Origin: Prevotella sp. | GTDB taxonomy: Bacteria > Bacteroidota > Bacteroidia > Bacteroidales > Dysgonomonadaceae | Reading direction: 5' to 3' | DNA length: 64,000 bases | Assembly (NCBI GenBank): GCA_031285625.1 | Contig: JAITVV010000095.1 | Span: 128,001-192,000 of the forward strand | The notes under the pieces: model-generated | Seen by the model: only the letters and a program-made list of their open reading frames with translations | Told to the model about the DNA's origin: nothing | Database searches by the model: none | Position numbers and translations under genes: made by a program | In this document: one piece after another, positions 30,298 to 40,019 of the stretch | Layout of the letters: each line of letters begins with the position of its first letter | Position numbering within the stretch: position 1 is the stretch's first letter

Positions 30298-31374
30298 ATG
30301 AAGAAAGTATTAAAATTTATACTTATTCTCCTACTTGTTTTGGTAGCCTTTCTAGCTATTTTTGCCATCATTATAAAAATCAAAAATGAGTCTTTTATAG
30401 GATCTACGGATAAAAATTTTGTAGCATATCTTGAGAATAATAAAGCTATATTTAATCATAAAACACTTACAGACGGCGATCGTCAATCCATTTTTAATGA
30501 TAATGTATATGACAATAATATAATATTACTAGGTGAAACTCATGGTTATGCTGATGTACAAACTATTGACAAAGCCCTGATTCTCCATTTTAACAAGATA
30601 AAAGGCACCCGTTATTATATTGCAGAGATGGATAGTCTTGTAGCCGGTAGTTTGAATACTTTTCTGAGTGGAAACGAAAAAGACTTGTCTTTGCTACAAG
30701 ATGTCGTAAAAAGTGTAAAGAAGCGAATACCTCAACAGGGAGGTAAAGAATTATTCCAAAAATGGTCTGACATCTATGACTATAATAAAAGTTTGCCTGA
30801 TTCAGCAAAAATCACAGTAATTGGAGTCGACAAAAATCTGGGTGATACGACCAAAATATCCAGAGATTCAGCTATGATTGTTAACTTTACAAATAGTGTT
30901 AAGGAATTGAAACTGGAAAACGAATCTTTCTATGGTTTGTTCGGAATGTTCCATACATTACAGGAAGGAATAAATAAGAATAATGCACGTTCCTTTGCTG
31001 CACGTCTAAAGTCGAGAGGTTTTGATATAAAAAGTATAGCATGTCTCAATATTGAAAGTGAAGTCTATTTCCCAAAAATGGAAGAGTTTCCAAGTCCTGA
31101 AGATGAAAAGCTAACATTATTAAATATGAATGGCCCATTAGTTATCGTTAATGGTATAAATGATTTGAAAGAGGCATCAGAAAAAAATACTATAACCTTA
31201 TTTAATCTGGAAAGAGATGACTCACCTTATAGAAACAGTACACGACTGATGCAAATTAAGACAAACTTTCTGAATCAGGATATGTCTCCCTATGATGAAA
31301 CCCTATCTGCAACAGACTTTATGCAATATATAATATTCTTACGAGGAGCTAAACCCATTACACCTTTAGAATAA
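30298..31374 (+). CDS. Membrane-anchored EreA/ChaN-like (erythromycin-esterase fold) protein
   Basis: N-terminal TM; LLGETHG, IAEMD, IGVD, GMFH motifs. Confidence 0.55.
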   Translation: MKKVLKFILILLLVLVAFLAIFAIIIKIKNESFIGSTDKNFVAYLENNKAIFNHKTLTDGDRQSIFNDNVYDNNIILLGETHGYADVQTIDKALILHFNKIKGTRYYIAEMDSLVAGSLNTFLSGNEKDLSLLQDVVKSVKKRIPQQGGKELFQKWSDIYDYNKSLPDSAKITVIGVDKNLGDTTKISRDSAMIVNFTNSVKELKLENESFYGLFGMFHTLQEGINKNNARSFAARLKSRGFDIKSIACLNIESEVYFPKMEEFPSPEDEKLTLLNMNGPLVIVNGINDLKEASEKNTITLFNLERDDSPYRNSTRLMQIKTNFLNQDMSPYDETLSATDFMQYIIFLRGAKPITPLE

Positions 31375-31877
31375 TGAATAATATCAACAATATAACTAAT
31401 TGGAAACAAGAAGATACGCGAATAAAAGATCTTTACTATTGGATTTATAAAAAGGATCTAAAATCGTCTTTCCCATTTGAAGAAACATCTGTTGAGCTCA
31501 TTGCTGACCATGCACCTGAAGGAAATGATATAAATCTGTTCGATTTCAATTTTATCAGTTCTATCATTCAGGCAATTGATACATATTTTGAAATAGCAAT
31601 CAATGGAATAAAAGAAGAAATAAACAAAGATCACACCTTATTTGGAATTACCCAGGAAAAGACAGCAGAATACCTGAATATGCCGGCAATATCATTTCCG
31701 GTAAATCAGCCATCAATCTTATTCTATAGAGATGGAACATGGATGATCCGTTTTGCAGAAGCAGATTTCCCTACTGTTGATTACGGACTGGGTATAGGTA
31801 TTACATTCGATAGGGAAAAAATTACGGATATCAGTATATTAGACAGCGATGAAATAATAGAAGAAGATATATTATAA
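31374..31877 (+). CDS. Hypothetical acidic protein, translationally coupled to the upstream gene
   Basis: TAATG stop/start overlap at 31372-31376; 167-aa ORF. Confidence 0.6.
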   Translation: MNNINNITNWKQEDTRIKDLYYWIYKKDLKSSFPFEETSVELIADHAPEGNDINLFDFNFISSIIQAIDTYFEIAINGIKEEINKDHTLFGITQEKTAEYLNMPAISFPVNQPSILFYRDGTWMIRFAEADFPTVDYGLGIGITFDREKITDISILDSDEIIEEDIL

Positions 31878-31879
31878 AA

Positions 31880-31909
31880 AAAGAGTTGCAAAATATTTTG
31901 CAACTCTTT
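31880..31909. terminator. Bidirectional terminator
   Basis: aaagagttgcaaaat/attttgcaactcttt perfect palindrome between convergent genes. Confidence 0.75.
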
Positions 31910-31923
31910 CCATATAGTGAATT

Positions 31924-33324
31924 TTAAAATTCTGCATTATTAGGAGTGCGAGGGAATGGGATCACATCGCGGATATTCGCCATACCTGTAATAAACAGTA
32001 TTAGGCGTTCAAATCCCAATCCAAAACCGGCATGAGGTGCTGTACCAAAGCGACGCGTTTCCAGATACCACCATATAGGATCGGTATTCATACCAAGTTC
32101 TTTTGTGCGATTGATTAGTTTTTCATAATCAGCTTCACGTTCCGAACCTCCGATAATTTCCCCGATCTTAGGGAAGAGCACATCCATTCCACGAACTGTT
32201 TTGCCATCTTCGTTCTGCTTCATATAGAAGGACTTGATCTCTTTCGGATAATCAGTAAGAATAACAGGACGTTTGAAATGTTTTTCTACCAGATAACGCT
32301 CATGCTCCGACTGGAGGTCTGCACCCCAATAAACAGGGAACTCAAACTTATGTCCACTCTTCTCTAATATCTCAACACCTTCTGTATAAGTCAGGCGTAC
32401 AAAATCGTTTGCAATTACAAATTGCAGACGATCGACCAACTCCTTATCGAAATGTTCACCTAAGAATTCAATGTCATCCTTGCAATGCTCCAATGCATAT
32501 CTTATCAGATATTTAAGGAAATCTTCAGCGAGATCCATATTATCATTGATATCATAGAAAGCAACTTCCGGTTCTATCATCCAAAACTCAGCCAGATGGC
32601 GTGGAGTATTCGAATTTTCGGCACGGAATGTCGGGCCAAAAGTATATATCGCTCCTAATGCCATTGCTCCAAGTTCACCTTCGAGCTGACCGGATACCGT
32701 CAGGTTTGTCTGACGTCCAAAAAAGTCTTCAGCATAATCAACTTGCCCTTTATCATTGCGGGGAGTATTGTTAAAGTCAAGCGTAGTCACCTGAAACATA
32801 GAACCTGCCCCCTCAGCATCGGATGCTGTTACAATAGGTGTATGGAAATAGAAAAATCCGTTATCATTAAAGTACTTATGAATAGCATAAGCCATATGAT
32901 GACGTATACGGAATATTGCACCAAAAGTATTTGTACGGGGACGCAGATAGGCTATCTCCCTCAAAAACTCCAATGAGTGCCCTTTCTTTTGTAATGGATA
33001 AGTCTCCGGATCTGCCGTTCCGTATATTTCTACAGAATCTGCCTGTATTTCCATTGTTTGTCCTTTACCTTGCGATTCTACAAGCTTACCAACCACATGG
33101 ATGCAAGCACCGGTAGTGACAGGTTTGAAGAAATCTTCCCCGAATTTTTCTACATCGGCTACAATCTGAAGATTATTTATCGTAGAGCCATCATTAAGGT
33201 GAATAAAGTTCACATATTTATTACCCCGGATAGTTCTTACCCATCCTTTTACTGAAACTGTAGCTCCAAATTCTTTCTTCTTTTGGAGCAAATCTGCAAT
33301 TTTTGTTCTACGAATAGTTTCCAT
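31924..33324 (-). CDS. asnS: Asparagine--tRNA ligase
   Basis: OB-fold anticodon domain; [24 protein letters not shown]; GFGLGFER. Confidence 0.98.
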   Translation of the reverse strand: METIRRTKIADLLQKKKEFGATVSVKGWVRTIRGNKYVNFIHLNDGSTINNLQIVADVEKFGEDFFKPVTTGACIHVVGKLVESQGKGQTMEIQADSVEIYGTADPETYPLQKKGHSLEFLREIAYLRPRTNTFGAIFRIRHHMAYAIHKYFNDNGFFYFHTPIVTASDAEGAGSMFQVTTLDFNNTPRNDKGQVDYAEDFFGRQTNLTVSGQLEGELGAMALGAIYTFGPTFRAENSNTPRHLAEFWMIEPEVAFYDINDNMDLAEDFLKYLIRYALEHCKDDIEFLGEHFDKELVDRLQFVIANDFVRLTYTEGVEILEKSGHKFEFPVYWGADLQSEHERYLVEKHFKRPVILTDYPKEIKSFYMKQNEDGKTVRGMDVLFPKIGEIIGGSEREADYEKLINRTKELGMNTDPIWWYLETRRFGTAPHAGFGLGFERLILFITGMANIRDVIPFPRTPNNAEF

Positions 33325-33437
33325 ATTTGTAATTATATAATAAAAGCTTACAAAAATAATAAAAGTAACGTTTCTCAGCTAATCTTTGCTACGTTACTTT
33401 TACTATCTCTGTATCTTTGATTTCTTATATGCCTGTC

Positions 33438-34475
33438 TTATTCGCTTAAATATTTCTCTACAGCTTTCTTTAAAGCCTCTTTTTTAGAGGAATCGATTAT
33501 TAATTCATAAATCGGAAGTTGTGTATTATAGGTAGTGGTAAATCCAATTAAAGCCAGATTATCATTGGTCAACTTGTCCCAACCATCATATGCAATCGAA
33601 GTTCCCTTATAATTAGTCACATCTACCATCCAGCCATTCTTAGGACTTTTCCCTCCTATAACTTCAAAATAGATATTCTCCTTATCATTCGATTCAACTT
33701 CATTTAATGTTTCAGTAAGCTCTGTAGGGCTAAGTGAGAAGTAACTACAATTATTCAATAATCTTATATGTGCAGAAGACTCATTTGAATATACGTTACT
33801 TGTCCTATACAGAAAATCCACCCTTTCTCCAACAAGAACTGATGTTAAGACATGAGTACCATATAATCGAATAATCTCTTCGGGTGATTTTTCCTGTATG
33901 TCTTTCTTAAATTCTTCTGTAAGGTATTTATTATTCAAATTCTCAATTAGTATATCATAATCCAGAAAAGTTCTGTACCATGAATGTATTTGTGATATAC
34001 CTGAATAATAATAATTCAAATTGGTAAAAGCGGTATCTCTATTAAAAGCCGGAATAATTGCTTCTCTAAATAAATTCTTATATTTTTCTACTTCTATCTC
34101 AGAAAATCTTGCAATTTTTGCTAATTCTTTCCTATAAGACTCTTCTGCACCTCCAATTGACAATTCCGAAGAAAAAACATGAGCACTGGCTTTTCCTATA
34201 CGGCCATCATAATCAGACTCAAAATTTTCTATATCTATTATCTTATTTCTCACCCATGCAGGATGAGCAAACTTTCCAGTCATATCATAACCATAACCTA
34301 TCATAAAATACTGTTCATCAACACCCTTATTTTGATAATTAAAATTATATATTGCAGACATATCAATGCCCGTCTTAAACTTATTTGTTTCCTTAGGCAT
34401 TGTTGTATCCTCACTATCGGAACATGATGATAGTATTACTATTAAAGGCAAAAATAAAAGAATTAAATTTTTCAT
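33438..34475 (-). CDS. MACPF-domain lipoprotein
   Basis: Lipobox LSSC; IGYGYDMTG; YLTEEFKKDI...IIRLYGTHVLTSVLVG MACPF signature; PIYELI. Confidence 0.8.
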   Translation of the reverse strand: MKNLILLFLPLIVILSSCSDSEDTTMPKETNKFKTGIDMSAIYNFNYQNKGVDEQYFMIGYGYDMTGKFAHPAWVRNKIIDIENFESDYDGRIGKASAHVFSSELSIGGAEESYRKELAKIARFSEIEVEKYKNLFREAIIPAFNRDTAFTNLNYYYSGISQIHSWYRTFLDYDILIENLNNKYLTEEFKKDIQEKSPEEIIRLYGTHVLTSVLVGERVDFLYRTSNVYSNESSAHIRLLNNCSYFSLSPTELTETLNEVESNDKENIYFEVIGGKSPKNGWMVDVTNYKGTSIAYDGWDKLTNDNLALIGFTTTYNTQLPIYELIIDSSKKEALKKAVEKYLSE

Positions 34476-34568
34476 AGCTGGGCTTATTAGTTTATATTAA
34501 AAGTAAGTGTGAGATAAATCCCACACTTACACAAATATAATACTTTTTTAAGATTGCAATACTTTTTA

Positions 34569-35924
34569 TTACTCAAAAGCACCCATACGAAGCATATTTA
34601 CTTCTTTTTCTGATAAATAACGCCATTTTCCTCTTGGTATATTCTTTTTGGTGAGTCCGGCAAAGTAAACTCTGTCGAGCTTCATTACCTGATATCCCAG
34701 TTTTTCGAATATACGGCGAACAATACGGTTACGTCCTGAGTGAATTTCTATACCAACCACATTCAGTACATCTTCTGCCTGATATGCTATTGAGTCTGCA
34801 TGTATTTCGCCATCATCCAGTTCTACACCGTCTGCAATGGCCTGCATATCTTCGATAGCCACATCACGGTCAAGTGTTACCTGATAGATTTTTTTCTTCT
34901 TGAATTTAGGGTGCATCAACTTGGAAGCTAAGTCACCATCATTTGTCAATAAGAGAACACCTGTTGTATTCCTGTCGAGGCGGCCAACCGGATAAATACG
35001 TTCAGGACAAGCATTCTTTACCAGATCCATTACCGTAAGACGATTCTGAGGATCGTCTGAAGTAGTCACGCAGTTTTTAGGTTTATTCAAAAGAACATAT
35101 ACCTTACTTTCCAGACGCACCGGATTATCCTGAAATGTTACCAGATCGCCACGCGTAACTTTTGCTCCTAATTGATCAACGACTACCCCGTTAACCTTAA
35201 CTACACCTGATGTGATGAATGCATCGGCTTCACGACGGGAACAAACTCCTGCATTGGCCAGATACTTGTTCAATCGTAATGGTGTGTTAGGATCTATATT
35301 TTCCTTATATTTTACAGGCTTAACAAGTCTCTTAACTCCTTCGGCTGCTTTATTATAACCGCCACCGCCGCCGCGATTATTAGAGTAACCGCCGCCACGG
35401 TTGTTGGAATAACCTCCTCCGCCACGGTTGTTAGAGTAACCGCCACCGCCGCGATTATTAGAATAGCCTCCGCCACCGCCACGGTTGTTGGAGTAACCTC
35501 CGCTACTGTTACCACGGTTACTTGAGTAACCGCCACCACTGCGGTTGCCAGAATATCCTCCACTACTATTACCACGATTACCGGAGTAACCACCGCCACC
35601 GCGATTATCAGAGTAACCTCCACCGCGATTATCGGAATAGCCTCCTGACTGACGCCCGTCATTTCCGTACGAACGGCGTTCTTCGTTGCCTCTATCATAA
35701 GACGGTCTCGATTGACGGTCTCCATCATATGAAGAACCACCTTGTCTGTCTCCACCGGATTTATATGGATTTCTTTCTCGTCCTCTATCAGTGTCATATG
35801 CTTGCTTGCGTAGGTCTCCTACACGAGCACGTTTCTTCTTTACCGGGTCTGACCCGTTTGAATTGTTTTCTGATGAAGAGTAACCATCCCGGCTTTCTCT
35901 TTCATTTCCATTGTCTGTCACCAT
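34569..35924 (-). CDS. rluB: 23S rRNA pseudouridine synthase (RluB/RsuA family) with long low-complexity N-terminus
   Basis: S4 domain RLNKYLANAGVCSRREAD; GRLDRNTTG catalytic motif; GGGYSNNR repeats. Confidence 0.88.
   Translation of the reverse strand: MVTDNGNERESRDGYSSSENNSNGSDPVKKKRARVGDLRKQAYDTDRGRERNPYKSGGDRQGGSSYDGDRQSRPSYDRGNEERRSYGNDGRQSGGYSDNRGGGYSDNRGGGGYSGNRGNSSGGYSGNRSGGGYSSNRGNSSGGYSNNRGGGGGYSNNRGGGGYSNNRGGGGYSNNRGGGYSNNRGGGGGYNKAAEGVKRLVKPVKYKENIDPNTPLRLNKYLANAGVCSRREADAFITSGVVKVNGVVVDQLGAKVTRGDLVTFQDNPVRLESKVYVLLNKPKNCVTTSDDPQNRLTVMDLVKNACPERIYPVGRLDRNTTGVLLLTNDGDLASKLMHPKFKKKKIYQVTLDRDVAIEDMQAIADGVELDDGEIHADSIAYQAEDVLNVVGIEIHSGRNRIVRRIFEKLGYQVMKLDRVYFAGLTKKNIPRGKWRYLSEKEVNMLRMGAFE
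35357..35646 (-). repeat. Coding tandem repeats, (G)nYS(D/N/G/S)NR, about ten units
   Basis: Repeated gagtaacc/ccgccaccg units in the DNA; GGYSDNR, GGYSGNR, GGYSNNR in the protein. Confidence 0.85.
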
Positions 35925-35988
35925 TGTTTTCCTTTTGTTTAATTATAATTTTGTTTAATTTGCGATAGCCTCACGGTTATCTTTTAGA

Positions 35989-37332
35989 TTACACACCTGT
36001 GTATGAGTGAGGGGTAATCTTCCTAAGTTCGTCTTTCACGGCTTCACTTACATTCAGTCCGTTAATGAAATCAGCAATTGATTCTGCCGTTATCGCATTA
36101 TTCGTGCGGGTAAGTGCTTTCAGCGCTTCGTAAGGTTTAGGGTAACCTTCGCGGCGCAATATAGTCTGAATTCCTTCAGCTACAACAGCCCAACAATTCT
36201 CTAAATCCTTAAATAATGTGTCATTGTTTAATAATAATTTATCTAATCCTTTCAATGTGCTTTGTATAGCAATCACAATATGTCCTACAGGTACTCCTAT
36301 ATTCCGGAGAACGGTGGAGTCTGTCAAGTCCCTCTGCAAACGGGATATCGGAAGCTTTGATGCCAAATGTTCTAAAATAGCATTTGCTATTCCGAGATTT
36401 CCTTCTGCATTTTCGAAGTCGATAGGGTTCACCTTATGGGGCATTGCCGAAGAACCTATCTCGCCTTCTTTTATTTTTTGTTTAAAATATTCCATTGAAA
36501 TGTACTGCCAGAAATCACGATTAAGGTCTATCATAATCGTATCTATCCGCTTCAATGCATCAAATACAGCAGCCAGATTATCATAGTTAGAAATCTGGGT
36601 AGTCCACTCTTCCCTTTCCAAGCCCAGTTTTTCGGATACAAATTTGTTACCGAAAGCTTTCCAGTCATATTCAGGATATGCTACATTATGTGCATTATAA
36701 TTTCCTGTAGCTCCACCGAATTTAGCAGATAAAGGAATTGATTTTAATAAGCTTAATTGTCCTTCGAGGCGGCTTACAAAAACCATTATTTCTTTTCCCA
36801 AACGGGTTGGAGAAGCCGGTTGTCCATGAGTCTTAGCCAACATAGCTATATCAGCCCATGTTGTTGCCTGGCTTTTTAGCTTAGTTATCAATTCATTCAA
36901 CAATGGATAATATACATCATTCAATGCATCTTTCAATGAAAGGGGTATTGACGTATTATTAATATCCTGAGACGTGAGTCCAAAATGAATGAATTCTTTA
37001 TATTGTTCCAAGCCTAATTCGTCAAATTTTTCTTTAATAAAATATTCAACGGCTTTTACATCATGGTTTGTTATCTTCTCTGTATCCTTAATATGCAGAG
37101 CATTATCTTCCGAAAAATTATCTACTATATTTCTCAGTTTTGGAAAAACAGCTTTATCTATATTCTTCAATTGAGGGAGTGGCAATTCGCATAGTGCAAT
37201 GAAGTATTCTATCTCAACTAATACACGATATTTGATAAGAGCATACTCTGAAAAATATTCTGCCAGTTTTTCTGTTTTATTACGATAACGCCCATCTATA
37301 GGCGAGATGGATGTTAAGGGGGTTAGTCTCAT
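35989..37332 (-). CDS. purB: Adenylosuccinate lyase
   Basis: SPIDGRY, TNHDVKAVEY, GSSAMPHKVNPIDFEN. Confidence 0.98.
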   Translation of the reverse strand: MRLTPLTSISPIDGRYRNKTEKLAEYFSEYALIKYRVLVEIEYFIALCELPLPQLKNIDKAVFPKLRNIVDNFSEDNALHIKDTEKITNHDVKAVEYFIKEKFDELGLEQYKEFIHFGLTSQDINNTSIPLSLKDALNDVYYPLLNELITKLKSQATTWADIAMLAKTHGQPASPTRLGKEIMVFVSRLEGQLSLLKSIPLSAKFGGATGNYNAHNVAYPEYDWKAFGNKFVSEKLGLEREEWTTQISNYDNLAAVFDALKRIDTIMIDLNRDFWQYISMEYFKQKIKEGEIGSSAMPHKVNPIDFENAEGNLGIANAILEHLASKLPISRLQRDLTDSTVLRNIGVPVGHIVIAIQSTLKGLDKLLLNNDTLFKDLENCWAVVAEGIQTILRREGYPKPYEALKALTRTNNAITAESIADFINGLNVSEAVKDELRKITPHSYTGV

Positions 37333-37525
37333 TTTATGTTACAAGTACTTTTGTGTTTTTAATATTTCTTTTTGAAAACTCTATTTTCGATATCACTATT
37401 TACTTTAGACTACAAATATATAACAAATATTATTCCAATAGGTTTATAATACAAAGAAAGTATTCATTTTTTTAATCTTTTTCACACTATAAAAGATAAA
37501 ACAAAAACCGCTGAATTATTTGTTT

Positions 37526-38047
37526 CTAATATTCTAAATACCAACTTAATTCCTGAACGACAGAATCCGGATAAAATTGCCCAAGATCGGGAATTCTGAT
37601 GAATGCAAATTTCCAATTTTTCCCATTATCTTGCGACCCGGCAACAATATTTATCCTGGTTACAATGGGTTCATCCAATCCATCTCTGAACTGTTGACTG
37701 ACTTTTTGCTCCAATACCGAATAATAACAATCATTTTCTCCTTTTATCAGGACTCCTTTGTCCTCTAATACAATAGATGTAGAACTAAAGTCATCCATTG
37801 GGAATTCCTTGTTGCGCATTCCATTTAGATACCTGTCTTTGCCCCCTTCCATATCCAGATATGCGGGTAATGTATATTCAACAAGGCGTTCTATATCGAA
37901 TTCTTCGAGGCTTTGTGCATATATGGCAGCATCTGCTATCATATTTGCTACGCGTTCCGTATCATTCCGGGGCTCGACTCTTTCCAGCTTAGTTCCATTA
38001 CACGAGATTGACAACAGGATAGCTAATAACAGGCATGCATATTTCAT
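37526..38047 (-). CDS. Hypothetical lipoprotein (NTF2-like)
   Basis: MKYACLLLAILLSISC lipobox gives start 38047; SQDNGKNWKF. Confidence 0.65.
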   Translation of the reverse strand: MKYACLLLAILLSISCNGTKLERVEPRNDTERVANMIADAAIYAQSLEEFDIERLVEYTLPAYLDMEGGKDRYLNGMRNKEFPMDDFSSTSIVLEDKGVLIKGENDCYYSVLEQKVSQQFRDGLDEPIVTRINIVAGSQDNGKNWKFAFIRIPDLGQFYPDSVVQELSWYLEY

Positions 38048-38087
38048 AATGTCTGTGTGTCTATTTTTGTGAAGTATCTTAAAGAAA

Positions 38088-39194
38088 TTAAACAACCCCA
38101 TACTTATTCAATGTAGCTACAATCTTATATAGCTCTTCATTCGTCAGGGAAGGATACAAAGGAATGCTCAGTACTTCGTTTTGTAAGAGTTCCGATACAG
38201 GCAAACTTAAATATTTCAACTCACTGTATGCTTGCTGCTTGTGTATCGCATGCGGATAGTGTATCTGCGTCTGAATACTATTATAAGCCAGATATTGCTG
38301 GAGTTTTGCTCGTTCTTTGCAACGAATTACAAACAGATGAAATACATGGCTTTCCCAATCTTTCACTTCAGGTAGGATAAATGAATTATTCTTTATATTA
38401 TTCAAATAGAACTTCGCTATTTCTCTGCGCCGTCTGTTATCTTCATCGAGGTGTTTCAGCCTGACAGACAATATGGCCGCTTGTAACTCGTCCAGCCGGG
38501 TATTCAGTCCCTTGTATTTGTGTGCATACTTTTCGTCCGAACCATAATTTGAAATGCTGGCTATTATCCGGGCCAGTTCCTTGTTATTGGTCGTTACTGC
38601 ACCGGCATCGCCCAGTGATCCCAAATTCTTTACAGGATAGAAACTAAAAGCTGCAGCATCACCAATATTTCCGGCTTTACATCCTTTGTAAACAGCTCCA
38701 TGGGCTTGCGCAGCATCTTCAATCAACAAAAGATTATGCTTCCTTGCCAGAAGTTTCAGCTCGTCCATTGCAGCGACTTGCCCAAATAGATGGACAGCAA
38801 CAATAGCTTTTGTCTTATCTGTTATTTTTTCTTTTACAGAAACGGGATCGATATTATATGAATGGATATCACAATCGGCTAATACCGGAATCAACCCGCA
38901 TTGTGTTACAGCCAAGGCTGTGGCAATAAAAGAATTCGCAGGCAGGATAATCTCATCCCCTACCCTTATCTTGCCTAACTCCATATATCCCATCAGTATC
39001 AGACGAAGGGCATCAAGCCCATTGCCAACTCCCACACAAAACCGTGTATCACAATAAGAAGAAAAGCTCTTCTCAAAAAATTCATTTGCTTTCCCTCTGA
39101 TATACCAGCCCGAATCAATCACCTGAGATACCGCTTCTTTTATTTCGGAAGCATATCGTTCAGTTTCTCGTTTAAGGTTAAGGAATAGAATCAT
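38088..39194 (-). CDS. DegT/DnrJ/EryC1/StrS sugar aminotransferase (FdtB-like)
   Basis: [37 protein letters not shown]. Confidence 0.93.
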   Translation of the reverse strand: MILFLNLKRETERYASEIKEAVSQVIDSGWYIRGKANEFFEKSFSSYCDTRFCVGVGNGLDALRLILMGYMELGKIRVGDEIILPANSFIATALAVTQCGLIPVLADCDIHSYNIDPVSVKEKITDKTKAIVAVHLFGQVAAMDELKLLARKHNLLLIEDAAQAHGAVYKGCKAGNIGDAAAFSFYPVKNLGSLGDAGAVTTNNKELARIIASISNYGSDEKYAHKYKGLNTRLDELQAAILSVRLKHLDEDNRRRREIAKFYLNNIKNNSFILPEVKDWESHVFHLFVIRCKERAKLQQYLAYNSIQTQIHYPHAIHKQQAYSELKYLSLPVSELLQNEVLSIPLYPSLTNEELYKIVATLNKYGVV

Positions 39195-39206
39195 TTGATA
39201 AAAAAT

Positions 39207-40016
39207 TTAATTCTGGTTATGTATATACTTTTTTGTTATTTCTATAATCTCCTCTAAACTAGTTTCACTAATCTCATATTGCAGAATGAGTGAAGATATC
39301 CAACCTTGAGTATCTACATAAATAGATTGCTCATCTTTCTTTATAAAAGCCCGTGTAAACTCTTCACCTCCATCTGTCATCGTAATTATAATATCAGTTT
39401 TGGCTTTCCACTCCTCCAGATTGGGAGTAGTTTTACTATATTTTGTATGTCTTAAAACATCCAATATCTTCCTCTGATCAGCAATAGCTACATTCGATTC
39501 ATCCTTCAGGTCAAGATGCCCATATTCAGAATAGGGACTGTTAATATTCATTGTTTTAACACTGAAAAGCACAGGACTTGCCGGCATCACAAATGTACAT
39601 TCCCCTTTTTTACGATACATGCTCCATCGGGATTCTTTTTCTCTAATATCAATTATTATGCCACTAATCGATGGGGGTTCAACCGAAAAAGTCCGTGTAA
39701 ACAGAGTATCACTGCCATTTAACATTGTTGTATGTAATGATATTTTGCGTGTTGAGGGATTATAATCATACATTCCGGAATAACTACGAACCAGAGGACC
39801 GGAAAATGCTTTTGAATTATGGCTGTATTCACCTCCATAATAGAACTCCCCGTTATCAGTAAAATAGAATTTGCTAGCATTGATACGCCCCAATGTAGGA
39901 CTACCAGTATCCATACTCCACAGTTCATTATGCAGCCATGAGGCATCTGAATTTTGAGCATTGCATTTGGCAACACCTAATATAACAATCAGAGCTATGG
40001 TTAACTGTTTCTTCAT
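39207..40016 (-). CDS. Secreted hypothetical protein
   Basis: Signal peptide; 269-aa ORF tightly packed between recN and the aminotransferase. Confidence 0.65.
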   Translation of the reverse strand: MKKQLTIALIVILGVAKCNAQNSDASWLHNELWSMDTGSPTLGRINASKFYFTDNGEFYYGGEYSHNSKAFSGPLVRSYSGMYDYNPSTRKISLHTTMLNGSDTLFTRTFSVEPPSISGIIIDIREKESRWSMYRKKGECTFVMPASPVLFSVKTMNINSPYSEYGHLDLKDESNVAIADQRKILDVLRHTKYSKTTPNLEEWKAKTDIIITMTDGGEEFTRAFIKKDEQSIYVDTQGWISSLILQYEISETSLEEIIEITKKYIHNQN

Positions 40017-40019
40017 CTT

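Noticed and set aside
35312-35968. Long alternative-frame ORFs (161 aa minus, 148 aa plus) over rluB
   Set aside because: By-products of the stop-poor Gly-rich tandem repeat.
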